This document shows, in pieces, positions 20,418-30,578 of a DNA stretch of 64,000 bases. Numbering within the stretch: the first letter of the stretch is position 1; each line of letters opens with the position of its first letter. A program made the translations under genes and the position numbers. The notes beneath the pieces are model-generated. The model was given only the letters and a program-made list of their open reading frames with translations. It searched no databases and was not told the origin of the DNA. Source of the DNA: an uncultured Phycisphaerales bacterium (lineage in GTDB: Bacteria; Planctomycetota; Phycisphaerae; Tepidisphaerales; Tepidisphaeraceae); assembly GCA_963755915.1 (NCBI GenBank), contig CAVWLP010000002.1, forward strand, positions 1,632,001 through 1,696,000. Direction: 5' to 3'.

Positions 20418-22038
20418 ATGCCCAAGGCGGTGAAATTCTTCGGCCTGCTTGGCGGCACCGTTTTGCTGCTGATGATTCTGCGGTGGACGGGCCTTCTGGT
20501 TTTCAATCCGCGCCAAATCTTGAGCATCGGCATTTTTTCAATGTTTATTTTCGGCACGCTGCTCTACGGCGAATTCCGGCTGGCTTTTGCCTTCGGAGGG
20601 ATCGCTCTGCTTATGGCGTGCAGCCTGCTGACGGTCGATCGCTTTACCCAGGCCGCCAGCCTCGATGTGCTGGTATTTCTCATCGGAACATTCCTCGTTA
20701 TCGGCTTTCTCGAGGAAAGCCGATTTTTCGAGCACGTGGTCGGCGCCATCGTCAGCACCGTTGGCCCGCGCCCGCAATTGCTGCTGATCACCATGATGAT
20801 CTTGGCCTCCCTGGCTTCGGCGCTGGTCGGCGAAGTGACGGCCATTCTGTTCATGGCCGGCGCCATGCTGCACCTGACGAATAAATACAAGCTGACGCCC
20901 GCGCCGTTCGTTATCATGCTGGTCTTCGCCTGCAACAACGGGTCGGCGATGAGCTCGGTGGGTAATCCGATCGGTGTGCTGATCGCGTTAAAGACGGGTT
21001 TGAGCTTCACGGATTTCCTGAAAGACGCGGCGCCGATTGCGCTGGTCGTTGACGTGGTGACGTTCGCGATTTGCCGATGGTGGTTCGCAGATGCCTTCGC
21101 CGAATTCGCCGCGGCGGTTCGGAAGGAATTCGCGCTGGCGACGGCGAGCAGAGAACCGGCGATGGCGATCGCGGGGAACGGCGGGGGAGAATTGGCGGAA
21201 TCGGCCGAAGTTGCCGCTGAATCGTCGGCGCTTCCGCGATCCCGATCCCCTCTTTACGCCGGACAATCCCGGCGATCCCGAGGCCAAACGGGCCTTCATT
21301 CTGTCCTGGGCTATTTTGCTTGGGCTGATATTTCTGCTGGTGACGCACCGCCAAAGCGAATCTTTGCTGGGCGAGATTTTCCGCTCGCCGCTTACCGCGC
21401 CGGACGGCTCCATCGTCCGCGGTCCCAATGGCGAGGTTGTTTACGGGCTTCGCGAAGGAACCATGATGGTTGCCGCCGCTTTGATCATGGGCTCCATCGT
21501 GCTGCTTCTGCGGCGGGAAAAAGCGAGGGAAATGGTCGAGCGCAGGGTCGATTGGTGGACGCTGGCTTTTTTCATGATGCTGTTCGCGTCGGTGGGGACG
21601 CTTCAGGACACGGGCGTCACCGAGGTCATCGCGGCGAGACTCAGTGGCGTGCATGGCGGCCACACCGGGGTGATCCAGGTCATCGGGTGGTCAACGGGTT
21701 GGCTGAGCGCTTTTCTCGATAACGTCCTGGCCGTCGCCACGTTCATGCCCGTCGTGCATGACATCCGCATGAAAGCGGGAGTTCCATACTCATCGGCGAT
21801 CTACTGGTTCATGCTCTTCGGCGGGACGTTCATGGGGAACATGACGATCATCGGCTCGACCGCGAACATCGTGGCGTGCGGGCTGCTGGAGCGGCGCGGG
21901 CACGGAACCATCAGGTTCGGTTATTGGATGAAGATCGGATTTATCGTGAGTATCGCGTCGATGATCGTGGCCACGGTATTGCTGCAGATGCAATCCCATT
22001 GGCTCCCCCTCATGGCGCCGCCGCGGGCTGGATCATAA
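20418..22038 (+). CDS. SLC13/ArsB/NhaD-family ion permease (frameshift near 21230)
   Basis: Multi-TM; NNGSAMSSVGNP, VDWWTLAFF, SAFLDNV, GNMTIIGSTAN. Confidence 0.85.
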
Positions 22039-22050
22039 CCGGAGGTTTCT

Positions 22051-22389
22051 ATGCAGATGATTATGGCCGTTATAAAACCGAACAAGATCGAGGCCGTGAA
22101 GACGGCGCTGATTAAACTCGGCATCCTCGGAATGACGGCGGTTGAAAGCAAGGGTTTTGCGCGGCAGCTCGGACACAACGAACGGTATCGGGGGCCAAAG
22201 CTGGACGCGGGCTTCGTGCCGAAGGTGTGCCTGCTGATTTGCGTAAATGATTCCGACAAGGATAAAGCGGTCGCTGCAATCGTGGAGTCGGCGCGGACAG
22301 GTCAGGTTGGCGATGGTAAGATTTTCGTCTGGCCCCTTCCGGAGGTCATTCGAATTCGAACTGGCGAACGGGACGAATCGGCGATTTAA
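22051..22389 (+). CDS. P-II family nitrogen regulator (GlnB/GlnK-like)
   Basis: 112 aa; KGFARQ.GH...YRG, RTGQVGDGKIFV, IRIRTGE. Confidence 0.95.
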   Translation: MQMIMAVIKPNKIEAVKTALIKLGILGMTAVESKGFARQLGHNERYRGPKLDAGFVPKVCLLICVNDSDKDKAVAAIVESARTGQVGDGKIFVWPLPEVIRIRTGERDESAI

Positions 22390-22414
22390 CGGGCCCCAGC
22401 AACCTCGAGCCAAC

Positions 22415-22651
22415 ATGGCTGAAAAGGAGAAGTCACCGTTCGTGAATCCCGGCGTCGATGTGGTGGAATCCCTGCGCCACATCATGGGCGATACCGGCGA
22501 CCTGCAGGAGTCGATGGGGGGTTTTCGCATCAGGGTGTACCACGTTCGCGCCTTCCCCTGGGGTGAGGTTTGCAAGGCGCTTTTATACCGAGATTTCAAG
22601 GTCTACGTTACCCGGCACAAAGCCGACTTGTTCATAGAGGCCGCGCCCTAA
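22415..22651 (+). CDS. Small hypothetical protein
   Basis: 78-aa ORF packed within the operon. Confidence 0.6.
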   Translation: MAEKEKSPFVNPGVDVVESLRHIMGDTGDLQESMGGFRIRVYHVRAFPWGEVCKALLYRDFKVYVTRHKADLFIEAAP

Positions 22652-22677
22652 GCAGGCGCCTACAATGAGGAGCTTCG

Positions 22678-22908
22678 ATGTCCCTAACTTGGAAACAGCG
22701 CTATCGGAAGAACTTCTGGATCAACCAGACATTGATCCTGGTCTTCTGCGGATATCTTTCCCTTTTCAGACACATGCCCCTCGCGGGCGTCGCACTTTTC
22801 CTGCTGGTCATGGAACTTGGCGCCTTCGTGGGCGCGATGTGGACAACCCGCCTGGTCGGGAAATTCGACCGCGCGAAACGCGACAAATTCGACCTCAAAG
22901 TCATCTAA
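22678..22908 (+). CDS. Small two-TM membrane protein
   Basis: GAGGAG RBS; two hydrophobic stretches. Confidence 0.6.
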   Translation: MSLTWKQRYRKNFWINQTLILVFCGYLSLFRHMPLAGVALFLLVMELGAFVGAMWTTRLVGKFDRAKRDKFDLKVI

Positions 22909-22958
22909 GTGCCTCACATTGTCGTTGACCGGTGGCGGCCTAATGAAAAGGAACTCCC

Positions 22959-25314
22959 GTGCAGATGGATGTCAATCCATCGACCGGCATAGACGTCGCG
23001 CGGCTTCCCGACGCGAGCCATCGGCGCAAAGTAAATGTTCTGGTGGTGAGCAGCGTCGCCCTGGCGTTTATGAGCTTCTGGCGCGCCGCGGCGATCGTCT
23101 TGTGCGATCTCGCTAGCACCGCCTACTACATTGGCGGCATCAGCGAGCAGGCCGTCGGAAAGGCGGCGCCGTGGTTTATCCTTGCGGTGATGCTTTTTGT
23201 GTACCCGGTGACGTCCGTGTACATGGAAAGCTGCACGCTTTTCACGCGCGGCGGGGTTTACAAGGTCGTGAAAGGCGCCGTGGGCGGAGGGCTGGCGAAG
23301 CTCTCCGTCAGCGCGCTGATGTTCGATTACATTCTCACCGGGCCGATCAGCTCCGTGGCCGCGGGGCAGTATCTCGTGGGGCTTTTCGGCGACATGCTGA
23401 AGCTGGCGACTTGGCATACGAATCACCCGATTGTTTTTGACGCGACGACTTATCCCGGCTGGATCAACTTCCTCACGATGCTGATCGCGATCGGGATCAC
23501 GTTCTACTTCTGGCGGACCAACATCATCGGAATTCATGAGTCCAGCGAACGGGCGCTGCGGATCATGCAGGTTACGACGATCATGGGCCTGGTGATTGTC
23601 GCCTGGAGCGCGATGACGATCTGGGCGATGCCGCACGGCACGATCCATCTTCCCCCATTCCATCCGATCTTCACGCAAACGAGCCTCGACCCGGCCAAGC
23701 AGGCATCGTCCGGCTGGCTGGAGCATTTTCCGAGGCTTCTCGGGGCGATCGGGGTATTGATCGCCTTCGGGCATTCGCTGCTGGCGATGAGCGGCGAAGA
23801 ATCGCTCGCGCAGGTGAATCGCGAGATCGAAGCGCCGAAGCTCAAGAACCTGCTTCGGGCTGGAAGAGTGATCGCGCTTTACGCGATTTGCCTGACGGGG
23901 ACCATCAGCTTCCTGGCGGTGCTGATCATTCCCGATGGGAAACGGGTTATCACCCAGATCGTAAACAACGGCACTGCTCACGACTCCGCAGGCACTGGGG
24001 AAATCCTGGTGGGAGGTGGATTATCTGCGCCCCGCGGATCAGCAGCACGCGGCCGACTGGGGATACCTCATGCTGCGAACCGAAGACGCGCACGGGCATG
24101 AAATGCTGGCCCGGACCAACCACCCAATTGTGATCGATCCGCGATGGCAGCACGTCGAACGCGACAACGGCGGATATCGCGACAACCTGATCAACGGGCT
24201 CGTTCACTACCTCGTGGGACCGGCGTGGATCAAGATCGTCATGGAATGCTTCGTGGTGATCGTTGGGTTCCTCATCCTTGCCGGGGCTGTGAACACCAGC
24301 CTGGTGGGGTCCAATGGCGTCCTGAATCGCCTCGCGGAGGATGGCGTCCTCACGCCCTGGTTTCAGCGGCCGCATAAACGATACGGCACGACGAATCGAA
24401 TCATCAACCTTATTGGCGTTGCACAAATTGTCGTCATCATCGCCAGCCTTGGCGATGTCAACACGCTTGGCGAAGCGTATGCGTTTGGAGTCGTCTGGTC
24501 GTTTGTGTTCATGTCGCTGGCGATGGCGGTGCTTCGGTTCCGAATTCGCTCGCCGCGGCAATACAATGTTCCGCTGAACATCAACAAACAAACGCAGCAT
24601 GGGATCGTGCGATTTCCGGTCGGAATTGTCGCGGTTTTCCTGGTGCTTTTCACCACGGCCTGCGTCAATCTGGTCACGAAGAAGACGGCGACGATCTGGG
24701 GGATCAGTTTTACCGCGTTCTTTCTGCTGGCGTTTGTGATTGTGGAGCGGATCACGCATCGCCGGCATGGCGGCAACCATGAACACCTGGAACAATTCAA
24801 CGAAAAGAGCAGCGACGCGGTTTCGGTGGAGGCGCTGGGTCTGACGCACGAGGAGCCGATTCTGGTCGCGGCCCGCGGGCCGCGGAGTCTTCCGATGCTG
24901 GACAAGATTCTTCATGAGGCCGATACCAGCGAGCGCGACGTGGTGGTCGTGACCTGCAAGGTGCTTCCCCCGCGGACGCTTGGGGTCACGGAAAAAGAGA
25001 CGGCCATCGACGATACCGATCGGGAGCTTTTGACGAAGGTCGTGTCGGTGGCGGAGCATGTGGGGAAGCAAGTTTATCCCGTGGTTTTGCCGACCAATAA
25101 TCCGCTGTTTGCGATTGCGACGACGGCGCGGGACCTTGGGGCGACGGAGGTGGTGCTGGGCGTCAGCGAGCAGATGCATGCGGAGATGCAGTTGGAACAA
25201 TTCGCGATTGCCTGGGGAAGCGCGACGGCGGAGCAGCGGTATTCGGAGATTGCCTCGCGGCTTGTAGTGCGGATCATCGGGCCGCAGATGGAGATGAAAT
25301 ATCAGATGGAATGA
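22959..25314 (+). CDS. APC-family permease with a cytoplasmic USP-like C-terminal domain (KimA-like; frameshift near 24015)
   Basis: CDLASTAYY, GGVY, DYILT, MSGEES, YAFGVVWSF; soluble C-terminal domain. Confidence 0.85.
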
Positions 25315-26068
25315 GGCTTGATGCAGGGTTTGGGGGGTGGGTGTTTCCGCGATCGCGACCACATATTGAGCGGGGTGGATTTCAAAGAAAGTTAGTGGCG
25401 GCAAACGCGTTGATTCCGCTGCGGGGCGGGGGGTTTCGTTACCGTTGACACTTTCGATATTTTTAAAATCGGGGGCGGAGGGTGTACGTGTTTTTTCGCG
25501 GAATGCGACAGGGGGGATTTTTCGGGTTGGTCGGGTTGTGAGATACATGTGCTCCGAAAATAAGGGTCAAATTGCCGGTTCGAGGCCACCCGGCAAACGG
25601 GTTTTCATCCGCTTGGGGTGTCTCAAAAATCATGCTCGTCTATATATAGGTCCAAAGGGTGTACGTTTTGGACCTATTTTGGAGCGGGGTGGGAAGATTT
25701 GTTTGGGGGTGAACAGAAATTCGAAACTCGAAAATCGAATGTTATAATGAGAAGAGTTCGCGGAGGCGTGGAGAATTTTGTTGAGGTTGGGGGGAAGAGA
25801 GGTATAAGGGAGGGGCGGGCCGGAATGTGGAAATCTCGGCGGTGAGATTGGGAATGTGAGATCAAATTTGGGGTGGGTTGAGATTGTTTTGGGGGCGTAA
25901 GATTTTTTAGCGGCGGATGTGGGCGGAATCAGGGGATTCAAAAGAAATTAGATGAGATTGAGGCCGTGTTCAAAGCGCACGGTGATCGCGCGTTAGTAAT
26001 ACGCTTCGCGTCTTTTCGGGAGCTTGTGCTTTTTGCGGGTTTTCGATGGGGCGTTTTTAGAGGCGTTT

Positions 26069-26544
26069 ATGGCTGTTTTGTGGAAAAAACTTCGGCCGGG
26101 GGAGTGGGGGGGCGAGTGGGAGGCGGAGGAGCTGAATGGGGCGGCCGCGGAGGTGGGGGATGGGGTGGTAATTACGAAGGCGGGGGGGGAGAGGGTTTTG
26201 ATCGCGGCGGTGGGGGCGGAGGTTTGGGTGAATGGGGAGCGGGTGGGGCTGGGAATTCGGGTTCTGCGGGATCGGGATGCGATTGGCGTGGGGCCGGGGG
26301 GAATTTTTTCTATTCGAGCGAGAGCCTGGCGCGGGTGGAGCGTTTTTCGGAGGCGCGGGGGGTGGTCTGCGCGGTGTAAGGGTGAGATTTGCGGAGGGGA
26401 TGTGGTGCGGTGCCCGAAGTGCGGGGCGATTCATCATCAGACGGGGGAGTTTTCTTGCTGGACGTATGCGGAGAAGTGCGCCTGTGCGACCAGGGGACGG
26501 GGCTGGATGGGGTTTATCAGTGGATCCCGGAGGGGTTGGAATGA
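26069..26544 (+). CDS. FHA-like plus prokaryotic RING-finger protein, putative E3 (frameshifted)
   Basis: VWVNG..V..G...L.D.D.I.VG; reconstructed C-x2-C...CPKCGAIHH...CW...C-x2-C; TGA overlaps the E1 ATG. Confidence 0.72.
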
Positions 26545-27614
26545 GCGGGCAAAATTCCAAATTGAAGGGTGTGGGCGTGATCGGGAACGGGAATGTTGGA
26601 TCGCAGCTGGCGGTGCAAATTGCGCGGAGGGATGACGTTGGGGAGATCGTGCTGTGCGACGATCAGGTTTATACGAACGAGAATGTGCGTTGCCAGGAGA
26701 TTGATCGGGAGGATGTGGGGTTGGCGAAGGCGGAGGCATTGGCGCGGCGGCTGAGGAAGATTCGGGAGAACCTGAAAGTTACGGCGATTGTGGATCGGGT
26801 GGAGAATGTGCCGGCGGGGAGGTTCAAAGAGCATTTGATTGTCGGATGCGTGGACATGAAGCTTTCGAGGGCGGAAATCAATCGGATCAGGTGCCGGCTT
26901 GGATTGGCCTGCCTGGATGTGGCGATTCGGGCGGATGGGTTGCTGGCGCGGGTGGATGTGTATGGAGCGGGGGCTGGGGATGCGTGCATCGAGTGCGCGT
27001 TTACGGAGCGGGATTATCAGCAGATTTCGCGGAGTTATGCGTGCGATGGGGGAGTGAAAGACGCGCCGGCGACGGGGGCGAGCGCGGCGCTGGGGGGACT
27101 GGCGGCGTCGCTGGCGGTGCTGGAGTGCGGGAAAATTCTGGAGCGGGGGATGAGCAGCGATCTGGTGGGGAAGCAGATCGTGATCGAGGCGGAGAGACAT
27201 CACGTTTATGTGAATTCGCTGCGGAGGAATCCTGGGTGCCGGTTTGACCATCGGGTTTGGGAGATTGGGCGGAAGCGGGTGGGAACGCTGGGGGAGATTG
27301 TGGTGGGCGGGCCAAAGAAGGGGATTGCGGTGGAGGGGAAATCGTGGATTACGCGGGTGGTTTGCCGGGGGTGTGGGGATCAGCGGAGGGTGGTGATGTT
27401 GCAGGGGAGGGAGAAGGGAATGGGGAAGTGTGAGAAGTGCGGCGGGGATGTGCAGCCGCTGGGGTTTGGCATGGTGCCGCGGCTGGAAATCTGTGGGGAA
27501 CTGGCGGAGAGGGGGATTGGGGATGTGGGGCTGTTGAGCGGAGATGTTGTGAGCGTGGGGGATGGGGAGGGCGAGGAATTCATCGAACTGGTGGGGGCGG
27601 GGGTGGAAGGGTGA
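26541..27614 (+). CDS. ThiF/E1 ubiquitin-activating-like enzyme with a C-terminal zinc ribbon
   Basis: GNGNVG, DDQVY..ENV..Q, LAK, GCVD, CIEC, candidate catalytic Cys in SYAC, CRFDH, CRGC/CEKC. Confidence 0.88.
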   Translation: MSGQNSKLKGVGVIGNGNVGSQLAVQIARRDDVGEIVLCDDQVYTNENVRCQEIDREDVGLAKAEALARRLRKIRENLKVTAIVDRVENVPAGRFKEHLIVGCVDMKLSRAEINRIRCRLGLACLDVAIRADGLLARVDVYGAGAGDACIECAFTERDYQQISRSYACDGGVKDAPATGASAALGGLAASLAVLECGKILERGMSSDLVGKQIVIEAERHHVYVNSLRRNPGCRFDHRVWEIGRKRVGTLGEIVVGGPKKGIAVEGKSWITRVVCRGCGDQRRVVMLQGREKGMGKCEKCGGDVQPLGFGMVPRLEICGELAERGIGDVGLLSGDVVSVGDGEGEEFIELVGAGVEG

Positions 27615-27621
27615 GGATGCA

Positions 27622-28167
27622 ATGGATCGGATCTTTGCGAAATTTCTGGAGAAGCAGTGGGCAGCGGGAATGGAGCTGGCGGCGAGCAGCGATCTGCTGC
27701 GGCTCAAGGCGCTGCGGACTACGGATGGGCCGGCGCAGCATTTCATTGCGCGGTTTTATTGCAAGGGGTTGGTGAAGAATGCGAACGGGGAGGTGGCGAC
27801 GCGGGAGCGCTGGGATATCGGGATTTTTTTCCCAGACGATTATCTCAGGCGAGCGAATACTTTTGAGATTTTATCGTGGCTGTATCCGCGGAATGTTTTC
27901 CATCCAAATATTCTGGTGCCGGCGATCTGTTTGGGGGAGAAGTTTTTCCGGCCGGGGTTGCCGCTGGTGGAGATTTTGTTCCAGGTGCATGGGTTGATCA
28001 CGTATCGGAGGTGGGCGTCTCAGGTGAGTTTGAACGCGGAAGCCGGGCTCTGGGCGGTGAATAACCAAAATCGGTTTCCGGTGGACGATCGGCCACTGAA
28101 GAGGCGGAAGGTGGAGATTCAGGTGGAGGCTTCGGAGCCGAAAGGGGGAAGCCGTGAGATTGTGTGA
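27622..28167 (+). CDS. UBC-type E2 ubiquitin-conjugating enzyme
   Basis: FPDDY...FHPNI-x4-ICLG...LNAEA; canonical HPN motif with active-site Cys. Confidence 0.9.
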   Translation: MDRIFAKFLEKQWAAGMELAASSDLLRLKALRTTDGPAQHFIARFYCKGLVKNANGEVATRERWDIGIFFPDDYLRRANTFEILSWLYPRNVFHPNILVPAICLGEKFFRPGLPLVEILFQVHGLITYRRWASQVSLNAEAGLWAVNNQNRFPVDDRPLKRRKVEIQVEASEPKGGSREIV

Positions 28168-29134
28168 GCAGAGTGAGATTCGGGCGCGGGTGAACAAGGT
28201 TCTCGAAGAGTGGGTTGGGCGCGGGCGTGAAGCTGCCGACGGCCCCCTCCCCTGCCCTCCCCCGGGATACCGGGGGCGGGGGAAAGAGAGGGGTGTGACG
28301 GCAGTGGTGGGAGAGAAGTGGGTGGAGCTGTGCGCGCAGGTTGCGCGGGGGCGGATTCATGGGCTGGCGATCTCGCGGTGTGCGTGGGAACTAGCGCGGG
28401 TGAATGGGGCGCTGAACGGCGCGGCGAAGATCGGGGTGAGGGGAGGGGATGGGTGTGCGGAGATTTTTCGGGAGATTTGGATTGATTCGGAGGAGGGGCT
28501 GGGGCAACGGGTGCGCGAGGGGATGGGGGATATCGAGGAGGTTCAGGGGCGATTGCGGGGGGGTGGGGAGAATGGTTTGTCCGCGCAGGAAGGCGCGAGC
28601 GAGGGGGAAGATTTGGGTGAGATCATTCGGATGGCGGGTTGGAGGTGTAACCTGAGGAGCGAGGGTCGTGTGGCGGTGGAACTGGAGGTGCCGGGGATTT
28701 TTGTGCAGGCGATGGTGCGGGGGGGCAAAAGGATTTACGCGGCGGTGGAGGTGGGGCGGGGGGATTCCGCCGGTGGGGAGACGGCTCGACTGGGCTCGCC
28801 GAAGTCCGGCGGCACTGTTCTTTTGTCGGGGGCGTCGCGAGAGGCGATTGGGGTGGTGCTGCTGCAGGTGTCGGGGAGGGTGCGGTGGGTGCGCGGGGGA
28901 GTTCGGGAGGGGAAGGTCGTGCTGGAAGGGAGTGCCGGGTCGGCAGAGGCGGGGCATCTGTTGTCGGCGCTTTCGGTGGCGGCGGGGATGTCGGTGCGGG
29001 AAGTGGGGGCGCTGGGGGATGAGGAGACGGCAAAACGATTTCTTGCGATGCGAGGATGGTCTTCGCAATCGGCAGAAAGTGTTTCAAGACCAGAGGAGTA
29101 TGCAGATGAGTCAAGTGCAAACGATTTCGTTTGA
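28154..29134 (+). CDS. Hypothetical protein of the Ub/Pup operon (carries two in-frame short repeats)
   Basis: Overlaps E2 and Ubl; same codon bias as its neighbours. Confidence 0.65.
   Translation: MRLCEQSEIRARVNKVLEEWVGRGREAADGPLPCPPPGYRGRGKERGVTAVVGEKWVELCAQVARGRIHGLAISRCAWELARVNGALNGAAKIGVRGGDGCAEIFREIWIDSEEGLGQRVREGMGDIEEVQGRLRGGGENGLSAQEGASEGEDLGEIIRMAGWRCNLRSEGRVAVELEVPGIFVQAMVRGGKRIYAAVEVGRGDSAGGETARLGSPKSGGTVLLSGASREAIGVVLLQVSGRVRWVRGGVREGKVVLEGSAGSAEAGHLLSALSVAAGMSVREVGALGDEETAKRFLAMRGWSSQSAESVSRPEEYADESSANDFV
28243..28282 (+). repeat. REP-like palindromic repeat, family A (in frame)
   Basis: CCCCCTCCCCTGCCCTCCCCCGGGATACCGGGGGCGGGGG. Confidence 0.75.
28782..28805 (+). repeat. 24-bp repeat, family B (in frame)
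   Basis: CGGCTCGACTGGGCTCGCCGAAGT; 20/24 match to the istA tandem unit. Confidence 0.6.
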
Positions 29135-29384
29135 GGTGCGCGATGTGAGCGGGCAGAAGTCGGCTCGGGTGAAGGCGTGTCCGGTGGATGCATCGGTGGG
29201 GGAGGTGGTGCCTTCGCTGCTGGAGATGATGCAGCTTCCGCCGAACGATCCGGAAGGGAATCCGGTGAGTCATACGCTGCGGCGGAACCGGGATGGGCAG
29301 GTGCTGCTGGAGTCGGATGTGGTGGGGAGGGTGATCGAGCAGGGGGAGGAGTGTGTGTTGCAGCCCTCGATTGATGCGGGGTGA
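29106..29384 (+). CDS. Ubiquitin-like protein (YukD/EsaB-like) ending in Gly
   Basis: AGGAG RBS; 92 aa MSQVQTISFEVRDVSGQK...VLQPSIDAG-stop. Confidence 0.85.
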   Translation: MSQVQTISFEVRDVSGQKSARVKACPVDASVGEVVPSLLEMMQLPPNDPEGNPVSHTLRRNRDGQVLLESDVVGRVIEQGEECVLQPSIDAG

Positions 29385-29393
29385 AAATCCGGG

Positions 29394-29422
29394 GGAACCC
29401 ACGGCGGCGCCGTGGGCGTTCC
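29394..29422 (+). repeat. GC-rich hairpin right after the Ubl stop
   Basis: GGAAC-CCACGGC-GGC-GCCGTGG-GC-GTTCC. Confidence 0.6.
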
Positions 29423-29498
29423 GGGAAGGGGTGTCTGGCGGGCGTGGGTGATCGCGCCCGGCAGGCACTTTTCAGAGGTTTTTGCGCGAGTGATTGGT

Positions 29499-30578
29499 AT
29501 GCAGGATGAGCGACTTGAATTTGGGCTGGAGCTTTCGCGTCGGGCGACGGGGGAACTTGTCGGGCGTGCGGCGGTGAAGGTGGATTGGGCGCCGGTGGAA
29601 GAGCATTTGATACTCAAGCTGGTGCGCGGGGGGAGCTGGAGGATTTTGATGCGGCGGTGGGGGTGACGCTGGAGCCGGTGTGGTCGAAGGAATTGCCGGT
29701 GGTGCGGGGGGTGAAGGCTACGGCAATGGCGCAAGGTGCGGGGTCGGCGTCGATGTTGGTGACGCTGGATTACTTTCGGCCGCTAGCGCAGCGGGCGGCG
29801 AATCGGCTGGTGGAGGTGGGGAAATTGCGGTCGGGGGAATTGTTTGAGTATCGCGTGGTGGCGAAGGAATTTTCGGCGAAAGGGAATGGGAAGCAGGGGC
29901 GGATTGTAATGGAGGCGGGGGCGAAGCCGGTGAATATTCTGCCGGGGCGGATGGATGAAATGATGGGGCGGGCGATTGGGTTTGGGGCGGGGGAGGAGCG
30001 GGATGTGCCGGTGTTTGTGGACTGGGGGGCGCTGGAGGAGGCTTCGGTTTTGACGCGGCAGGCGGGGGAATTGGAGACGGGGGGGATTCTGGTGGGGCAT
30101 GTGCGGAGGGATGTGGAGACGGGGGAGATTTTTCTGGAGGTGACGGCGCAGGTTGCGGCGCGGGCGAAGTCGCAGCTTACGCGGCTAACGTTCAGTCCGC
30201 AGACTTGGACGGAGCTGGAGGAGGGGGTGAAGGCGCGGGGGAAGAATGAGGTTTGGCTGGGGTGGTGGCATTCGCATAGTTTTTTCAAGAATGCGATTGA
30301 GACCGGGGGCGCGGCAGGGGCGGAAGAAGAATATGAATCGCGCGGGTCGCGGGTGGCGCGGGCGTTTTTGAGTGAAGAGGATGTGTTGTTGCACCGGAGC
30401 GTTTTTCCGCGGGCGTACAGCGTGGCGCTGCTATTGACGGATTCGCCGCGGTGGGGGCTTTCGTGGACACTTTTTGGATGGCGGGGGGATGGTGGCGCAG
30501 CGGGGATTTCATGTGGTGAATGTGCCGATGCCGGAGACATTTTTTTCATTGCGAGGTGGGAGTCATGCGAAGGTCTGA
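29499..30578 (+). CDS. JAB/MPN isopeptidase with an N-terminal extension (frameshifts near 29630 and 30487)
   Basis: ETGGILVG, LGWWHSH, FLSEED; reconstructed tail MVAQRGF...AKV-stop overlapping the ATPase start. Confidence 0.85.
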
